Below are positions 1 through 8,800 of a stretch of 11,569 nucleotides of DNA, piece after piece. Every line of letters begins with the position of its first letter. Position 1 is the stretch's first letter. The notes beneath the pieces were generated by a model. It made no database searches, had not been told where the DNA came from, and saw nothing but the letters and a program-made list of their open reading frames with translations. Made by a program: the position numbers and the translations under genes. The DNA is from a bacterium (lineage in GTDB: Bacteria > Hinthialibacterota > Hinthialibacteria > Hinthialibacterales > Hinthialibacteraceae), in the NCBI GenBank assembly GCA_041946805.1, contig JBHGBC010000180.1, positions 1-11,569 on the forward strand. Reading direction: 5' to 3'.

Positions 1-933
1 GATTCCGGCCGTCCCGGCGAGGGCGACAAGAAGGTGCAGGCGTACAATTTCCGGCTTTGTTTGACGAACCGCAAGAGCAACCAGGTTCCCTTCCCCCGGC
101 CGCCGGACTACGATCCCCGGCGCTTCGCCTTGCTCGGCCGGTATCTGCGCGAAGCCGAAAAACGCGGCGTGTCCCTGGGCATGAAGCAGATGATGATTGT
201 ATCGCCCATGCCCAACCAAAAGACGGACATCAACAATTCCGGCCCCATCTCCACCGATTACATCGGCGGCAGTTGGAACTACCCGGAGGCCGATTACGCC
301 ACGCGGGAGAAAATCTGGAACGAACACGTCCACTACGTCCAGGGTTTTCTCTACTTTTTGGCCAATGATCCCTCCGTTCCCGAGCGCTTGCGCAATGAAA
401 TCAACGAATGGGGCCTGGCCAAGGATGAATTCACCGACACGAACCACTGGCCGCATCAGCTCTACGTGCGCGAGGCGCGGCGCATGATCGGCGTAAAAGT
501 CATGGTGCAAGCCGACTTGCAGACCCACCGGACAAAGAGTGATTCCATCGGCATGGGTTCGTACAACTCCGATTCGCACCACGTGCAGCGGATTCCCACG
601 CCCGAAGGGACGGTGGTCAACGAGGGGGACATGCAGGTTCCCGTGCGGCCCTATGAGATTTCCTACCGCGCCATGACGCCCAAGCCGGAGGAATGCGAAA
701 ATCTGCTTGTCCCCGTTTGCTTCTCAGCCTCGCATGTCGCGTATTCCTCGCTGCGCATGGAGCCGCAGTACATGATCTTCGGGCACGCGGCGGGGCTCGC
801 GGCCGCCCTGGCCGTCCGCGGCCAGGTTCCCGTGCAGCAAATCGATATTCCCCGGTTGCAGGAGAAATTGCACGCGCAAAAAGCGGTCTTGAACCTGCGC
901 GGCGCGGAGGAAAACGCCAAGAATCCGCAGTGA
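1..933 (+). CDS. FAD-dependent oxidoreductase (FAD_oxidored/PF12831-like), 5'-truncated by the window edge
   Basis: Frame is open from base 1 (DSGRPGEGDKKVQAYNFRLCLT...), so the GTG at 34 is internal. Family-typical motifs: QAYNFRLCLT, KTDINN, STDYIGGSWNYPEADY, WGLAKDEF, WPHQLYVREARRM, DSHH, PYEISYR, NLLVPVCFSASHVAYSSLRMEP. Stop TGA at 931-933. Confidence 0.88.
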   Translation, partial: DSGRPGEGDKKVQAYNFRLCLTNRKSNQVPFPRPPDYDPRRFALLGRYLREAEKRGVSLGMKQMMIVSPMPNQKTDINNSGPISTDYIGGSWNYPEADYATREKIWNEHVHYVQGFLYFLANDPSVPERLRNEINEWGLAKDEFTDTNHWPHQLYVREARRMIGVKVMVQADLQTHRTKSDSIGMGSYNSDSHHVQRIPTPEGTVVNEGDMQVPVRPYEISYRAMTPKPEECENLLVPVCFSASHVAYSSLRMEPQYMIFGHAAGLAAALAVRGQVPVQQIDIPRLQEKLHAQKAVLNLRGAEENAKNPQ

Positions 934-987
934 ACCACCCTCGGCTTGGCGGAGAGAAAAACAAGCCGGGCAGGGGGAGGGTGAGGG
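934..987. repeat. GC-rich hairpin / REP-like element just after the oxidoreductase stop
   Basis: CGGCTTG (942-948) pairs with CAAGCCG (962-968). Alternative pairing: CACCCTC (936-942) with GAGGGTG (977-983). The G-rich tail GGGGGAGGGTGAGGG resembles the CCCTCACCC-type intergenic repeats common in GC-rich bacteria. Confidence 0.45.
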
Positions 988-993
988 ATTTTT

Positions 994-1020
994 GTAAGGG
1001 CGGACCTTTGTGTCCATCCC
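994..1020 (+). repeat. Degenerate GTAG-type REP-like palindrome
   Basis: GTAAGGGCGGACCTTTGTGTCCATCCC: a GTAR tetranucleotide followed by an imperfect stem GGGCGGAC / GTCCATCCC, the layout of RAYT-associated REP units. Confidence 0.4.
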
Positions 1021-1081
1021 ATCATGGAGGTTGATAATACCTTTTTCAACAATCTGTTTGCACTTACGGAATGAACCGGGG

Positions 1082-1114
1082 AAAAAAAGAAGGGACCTGT
1101 TACAGTCCCCTCTC
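1082..1114 (-). terminator. Rho-independent terminator of the 1140-2516 gene
   Basis: Minus strand reads GAGAGGGGAC-TGTAACAG-GTCCCTTCTT-TTTTT: a ~10-bp stem with G-U pairs running into a U-tract, ~25 nt after the stop codon at 1140-1142. Confidence 0.8.
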
Positions 1115-1139
1115 GATTGTTACCTCACGAGGATACCGC

Positions 1140-2516
1140 TTATTTCATGGCATCGAAATGTCCCACGCCCGAGGCGAAGGGCACTTTCGTGACCATGATG
1201 TTATCGTACGACCGCTTGCCGCCTTCCGCCGCGCCACCGGACCGGCTGAAGAGGGCGAGGCCCGCTTGCTTCAATTCATACTTGTTGGAGCTCGGGGCAT
1301 TGAGCATGATCAACGAAGCCGCGCCCGATCCATTCACTTCGCTCAACGTGGCGATCACATCCGCCTTGCCCGTGTCCACATTCGCGTTGGCCACCGTCAC
1401 GCTCATGTGATACCAGGTATCGGCCTTCCAGAAGAGGTTGGGAGTTTGAGACAGCCACGCCCGGCCGCCCAACAGGGCATGCAAGCCTCGCGCGCTGGTC
1501 GCTCCGCCATCCCGGATCGTCATGATCACCGCGCCGTCCTCGATGTTGCCAGCCGTCGGCGCCGGGGCGAACAGGGCGATGCCCGACCAGGTTTCATCCG
1601 ATTTCGTGGTCAGGCTTTCCACTTTAATGTCGTACTCGAGGGATACCGACTGGTTGCCCACCATGCTGACTATGTTCTCCAGCATGGCGCCCTGAGTGGT
1701 ATCCGCCGCCACCGCGTCCGTGCGCACGATCGCGCCGTCCACGACTTCAAACACGCCCTTCACCTGGGTCATGCCCGCGACGCTGGTCCCGTCGTTGGAA
1801 TAAACCACCGACCCCGTTGGCACGTTCGCCGCTTCCAACACGATGTTGTCGAACGAACGCAATCCCCCCTTGCCCGCGGCAGAACCGCGCGTGAAGATGG
1901 TCAACGCGGTCTGGCTCAAAACAAAGGCGTTACCGGAAGCCGGGACGCCCGCCATCGTGGCCACCACACCCTCCGTTCCACCCTTCTCTTGCAAAGTGGC
2001 GTAAATATCCACTTTGTTCGTGGTGAAATCGGGATTGGACAGCACCACCCGCATGGTGTACCAGGTATCCGGTTTCCATGCGAAATTCCCATCTCCCTGG
2101 GCCCATTGCCGGCCGCCGACCAGGAAGTTCAATCCCTTGGTGCCGCCGTTGTCGCGCATCGCCACAATGACCGCCCCGTCCTCGATGTTGCTGGTGCCCA
2201 CCGGAGGTGCGCCGATCCCGATGCCGGTCCACACTTCACCGCTCCCGCCGGAATCCAACTCCGCCTTCAGGTCGTAGGTGAGGGTTACGGGAAACGTCAC
2301 CTTCGTCATGTCGATGGCGTTATCCAACACCAGGGCATGCGTGTGATTGCCCTGCTGCTCAGCTGTCCGGACGATCACTCCATCCACCGACTGCCATGCC
2401 CCATCCACTTCGACCCACTGGCTGATGTCGGATCCATCACTCGCCACAATAGCCACGCCATACGCCTGGGGTAAAAACAGGCACACCGCCAGGAGAAGCA
2501 AACCCGCTTTTTTCAT
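1140..2516 (-). CDS. Secreted protein of unknown function with two tandem ~210-aa beta-rich (possibly ConA/LamG-like) domains and a short C-terminal tail
   Basis: Start ATG at 2516 has a GGGAGG RBS (2523-2528) 6 nt upstream. Sec-type signal peptide MKKAGLLLLAVCLFLPQAYG. Internal duplication: NIEDGAVIVAMRD/NIEDGAVIMTIRD, WKPDTWY/WKADTWY, GGLRSFDNI/GGKRSYDNI. Flanked by its own candidate promoter and terminator. The fold assignment is inference. Confidence 0.85.
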   Translation of the reverse strand: MKKAGLLLLAVCLFLPQAYGVAIVASDGSDISQWVEVDGAWQSVDGVIVRTAEQQGNHTHALVLDNAIDMTKVTFPVTLTYDLKAELDSGGSGEVWTGIGIGAPPVGTSNIEDGAVIVAMRDNGGTKGLNFLVGGRQWAQGDGNFAWKPDTWYTMRVVLSNPDFTTNKVDIYATLQEKGGTEGVVATMAGVPASGNAFVLSQTALTIFTRGSAAGKGGLRSFDNIVLEAANVPTGSVVYSNDGTSVAGMTQVKGVFEVVDGAIVRTDAVAADTTQGAMLENIVSMVGNQSVSLEYDIKVESLTTKSDETWSGIALFAPAPTAGNIEDGAVIMTIRDGGATSARGLHALLGGRAWLSQTPNLFWKADTWYHMSVTVANANVDTGKADVIATLSEVNGSGAASLIMLNAPSSNKYELKQAGLALFSRSGGAAEGGKRSYDNIMVTKVPFASGVGHFDAMK

Positions 2517-2543
2517 CATGAACCTCCCGCTCATAGATTGTCC

Positions 2544-2567
2544 ATACAACCGTTAATACGATTGTAT
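2544..2567 (-). promoter_or_regulatory. Inverted repeat in the 5' leader (RNA stem-loop or operator)
   Basis: Minus strand ATACAATCGT-ATTA-ACGGTTGTAT: a 10-bp stem with one G-U pair, between the predicted promoter and the RBS. Confidence 0.5.
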
Positions 2568-2578
2568 TTTCTGGAGGG

Positions 2579-2607
2579 ATTATCCAATTTTGACGGACAC
2601 AGCTCAA
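2579..2607 (-). promoter_or_regulatory. Putative sigma70 promoter for the tandem-domain secreted protein
   Basis: Minus strand TTGAGC (2607-2602), 17-nt spacer, GATAAT (2584-2579), in an AT-richer spacer. Confidence 0.45.
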
Positions 2608-2737
2608 GAGGAGATCACGTGAATGAAGCGATTTATTTGCGGTTGATAGGGAAGGTCTTTTCTGATAATCCTGAAACGGCTCCATGGATTATTATCGCCG
2701 GCTATTCCGCATGAGGATGCCTTCATGGATGACAAAA

Positions 2738-5419
<2,682 letters not shown>

Positions 5420-5448
5420 GGTTCATTCTTTCTTCGGTCAAAATGGTC

Positions 5449-5462
5449 TGGTGAATTCACCA
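5449..5462. promoter_or_regulatory. Perfect 14-bp palindrome (candidate operator) over the predicted acnA transcription start
   Basis: TGGTGAATTCACCA is its own reverse complement and overlaps the last base of the predicted -10 box. Confidence 0.45.
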
Positions 5463-5490
5463 TTATAGATCTTCCCATGGTTCTTGAGAA
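5462..5490 (-). promoter_or_regulatory. Putative sigma70 promoter of acnA
   Basis: Minus strand TTCTCA (5490-5485), 17-nt spacer, consensus TATAAT (5467-5462), ~43 nt upstream of the acnA ATG. Confidence 0.6.
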
Positions 5491-5653
5491 CACAGTCATC
5501 ATCCATCCGGCGATCACCCGGCCTGTTCCCAACCATCCGGTTTCATCCCTAAAATCACGCCATTCGTCACAAGAGCAAGAACTTTTTTGCGAAATTCGTC
5601 TACTAATACTCAAGGATGGACTTGCTCCATCTGATGTACCTCCTCCACCAATG

Positions 5654-5714
5654 GGAGAGCATAGGGAGGGGGAGATGTGGATCTCTCCACCCCCCCCTCC
5701 TTATCCTCCTCTCC
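5654..5714. repeat. Long imperfect inverted repeat (REP-doublet-like) between the CotH gene and acnA
   Basis: GGAGAG (5654-5659) pairs with CTCTCC (5709-5714). ATAGGGAGGGGG (5661-5672) pairs with CCCCCTCCTTAT (5693-5704). Inner pairing GTGG/CCAC. Confidence 0.55.
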
Positions 5715-5810
5715 AAAAAATCGGGGATTATTCGTTCGAGCAGCCGATGGAGCCAATCGGAATACCAGCTGGAAGCCTGCGCCTCAAAATCGGCAGGTAT
5801 CTCACTAACA

Positions 5811-8800
5811 TCAATACGCCATCCAGGCATTCACCGGCGTATCCGGGTTGTCCTGTCCCGGGGTGGGATCCGCCGCTTGCCAGTTGGCGGGATCGTTCCC
5901 CGGGCGGCGGGCGGAAATTCGTTGCAAGGCCTGGCCCGTGCCGTCGGCCATTTGTGTCCAGGGGGATTGATCGAAATAAATCACTTCGTCCGCAACCGCC
6001 CAGGTGGTTAGTAATCCGGAGAGATCGTTCCCCAACGGCTTTTCGAGCGCGATCCGTTCCCCCTGGTTGGATAGTTTGCCGTTGAACGGTCCCAGCAGCA
6101 GGACGTTCCAAGTGGAAATCTTGTATTTCGCCTTAAAGGCCTCCACCGCCGCCGGGTCAGCGGGATCGAACTTCACCAACAGAATCCGTCCGTTGGGCGG
6201 AAGCGTGGTATTGGGCGCGAAGGTATATTCGATGCCGTCGTAAATCCGCCACGCGCCGTTCCCGGTAAATAACGGGACCGCCTGATCCGTGGGATTCCAC
6301 AACTCCATGTATTCATCCACCACGTTTTCATCGCCGCTGGGCTGCAAATCGGGCGGATGATACATGATCTCGTCGATGACCACCCGTTCCAGACCCGGTT
6401 GATTGGCCATGTCCCGCGAGGGTTTCATCCCAACCCAATACGGTTGGCCGTCTTCATGCCGGCCCCACGCGACGCCGGCCTCCTGCCCGGCGAACTTCAA
6501 CGCGTCCACCACCCGGTCCACGCCGGGGACGCCGGGAAGATACGAGAGATACAGCGCGCCGCCTTGCGGGGATAATCCGAATCCGGAGCCGGCAGGGATA
6601 TCAAGATGATTTTTCTCATCCAGACTCAGAAAACCGCCGTGCTGGATCTCCACTCCGGAGACCGGCCATTTTTTGAGGTTGGCGTTGTCATCACTCAGAT
6701 ACCAGCCGCCCAGATGAACTAAATCTCGAGAAGAGTTAAACAGTTCCACCCACTTGGCGCCGTCCGGCGAATCAACCAGGATTTCATTCATCACCACATT
6801 GCGGACCGGCTCAGGATCCTCTTTTCCCGGTGAGCCTCCGATCACCGCGCTCGCCCGCCAGTTGCCGCCGTAATTCAACGCGCCGAGATCCTGGTCCGGC
6901 CACGAACGGGCCAGGGGAACCAAAGAATGCCCGGCCCCGTCGGCGGCCGCCGGCCAACCCGGGCCGTCACCATATTCGAAGGTCACGATTGCCGGACCGC
7001 CGTGGGGCGCGCGCAGGACCACCGGTTCCCCCTCGTTGGCCAATTTCCCGGTGAAAGGCCCGGCCAGGAGGGCAGCGTCGTCCATCCGGTATTCTTTCCG
7101 GAACGCGGCCTGTTCCGCCTCCCCCTGCGCCTGCGTCAAGACCAGGTAGCCCTGGGGAGGAATGATCGTGCCTTCCGGGAATCGGAACTGGATGCCCTCC
7201 GTGAATTCCACTCCGCTCAACACCAGCGGTGTTTCGGGATGGGTGTTGTGCAGTTCGATGAACTCGAAGTTCCCCGCCGCGGCGGGATTGTACATCAGTT
7301 CCGTGATCTTCAGATTCGCCCGTAAAAAGGCCACGTCTTGCGCGGGCTGGTTGATGAAAAACCGGGCTTCGCTCAACGCGCTCCAGGTTTGCCCGTCAAA
7401 CGCCCGGGCCTTGACTTGCGAGTTTTCGTTGAGGATCACCGGCCCCGCGTACCGCTTGGCGTGGGCGTTGTCGGCTTCCCCGCCCGGCAGCCGCGGATCC
7501 CTGCCGTCCAGCGTGTAATAAACCGGAACGTCCGCCGAGGTGGTGGCCGGCTTGATGACCTTGGCGGTGAGCGTCATGCCCCATACTACATCCGTGCTGC
7601 CCGCGTTGGTCTGATGGACCTCCACCGCCACCACATTCTTTCCTGTTTTCAAACTCGCCGCGGAAATGCTGAGGGGGCCTTCCAACACCGCTTCGGAGAC
7701 CGTCTCGGTGGAAAACTGAGCCGCGGAGACAATCCCAGCGGCCATGCGGATCCGCGATACCTCCACCCCGTTGAGATAGATCACCGCGCCGTCATCGAGG
7801 ATGGTGGACATTTCCAGCGCCGCGTCCTTCAGCGATACTTCCGCGGGGACTTCGAACGAGGTCCGGAAATAGTAGGTGGTTTTGCCGATTTTCAGGGGCG
7901 TGTTCTTGGCTGCCGGCAAATCCGCAGTCTCCACATACAGCAATGCCTTGCCCAACGGCCAGGCTGAATCGTCATAACCCGGCTGGATCCAGGCCGTTCC
8001 CAGGTCCTTCCCCGATTGTTCGTATTTCCATTCGTGGTCGATCGCCACCAAGGGCAGCGTGACGGGAGTGGGCTCCCCGCCCGTATCCACCGTCATGGTC
8101 AAGGCGAATCCCGGCTCCACCACGCCGCCCGGCTGGTTGAATTCCGGCGCGGGCAGCGTGGGGTAGAGTTTCGCCTTGCGCAACTGCTCCAGCACGATGC
8201 CGGAACGCACCGTCAGGTATTGATTCAGGATCCGGTCCCGCTCCTTCACCCAATCGTCGTCCCGGGTGCGCGCCCGCCCGCCGGGAGCGTCGCCCCACCG
8301 CGCCGATTCGCCCACGATGGCCCGGTCGATGAACCGCGCGATTTCCGCGTAGCGGGCCTGGGAGGCTTCCGGCGTCAAGACCCCCCCGTGGAAGAAGTGC
8401 TTTTGAATCCGGTCCGCCACGCGCATTCGGAATTCCGCGCTGGGCCGCAGCCGCTGGAAGATGCGCCCGGGATTGTCCCGCCCGTTGTGAAAATCCACCA
8501 CGTTGACCGCCGTCTCTTCCAGCGTCCATTCCGAATCCCACGCGAACGTATGCAGCCCGGCTCCCGGCAGCCGCCGCCGCCCCGTGTAGAAATTCCAGGG
8601 TGTTCCCCCGCCGCCGATCACCGTTGGCGCGTCCCGGTTGCCGGTGTAGATGATGGTCAGCATGTAATCGATGAGGTTATCGACGTTCAGATAGGGTTGG
8701 ATTTGCCGGTAACGTTCCTCCGCGCTAAGGGTGTTGGATTCCACGACCGCCATCATCGCGTTCCAGGCTTGCTTGTTGCCCGCCTTGACCTGCGTGGTTC

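Noticed and set aside
34..36. GTG as start codon of the oxidoreductase
   Set aside because: The frame is open to base 1 and the N-terminal FAD-binding region is missing, so the true start lies upstream of the window.
1071..2474. 467-aa + strand ORF
   Set aside because: Antisense shadow of the secreted tandem-domain gene. It is Arg/His-rich with no motifs, while the minus-strand gene has an RBS, signal peptide, internal repeat and terminator.
2517..2549. Longer N-terminus (MYGQSMSGRFM) for the tandem-domain protein
   Set aside because: The GGGAGG RBS lies inside this stretch and is best spaced for ATG 2516, which gives a canonical signal peptide.
2544..2737. Iron-responsive-element-like hairpins near acnA (AcnA/IRP can bind RNA)
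   Set aside because: None of the hairpins has the CAGUGN loop. The small stems at 2665-2692 and 2710-2727 are weak and lack a U-tract.
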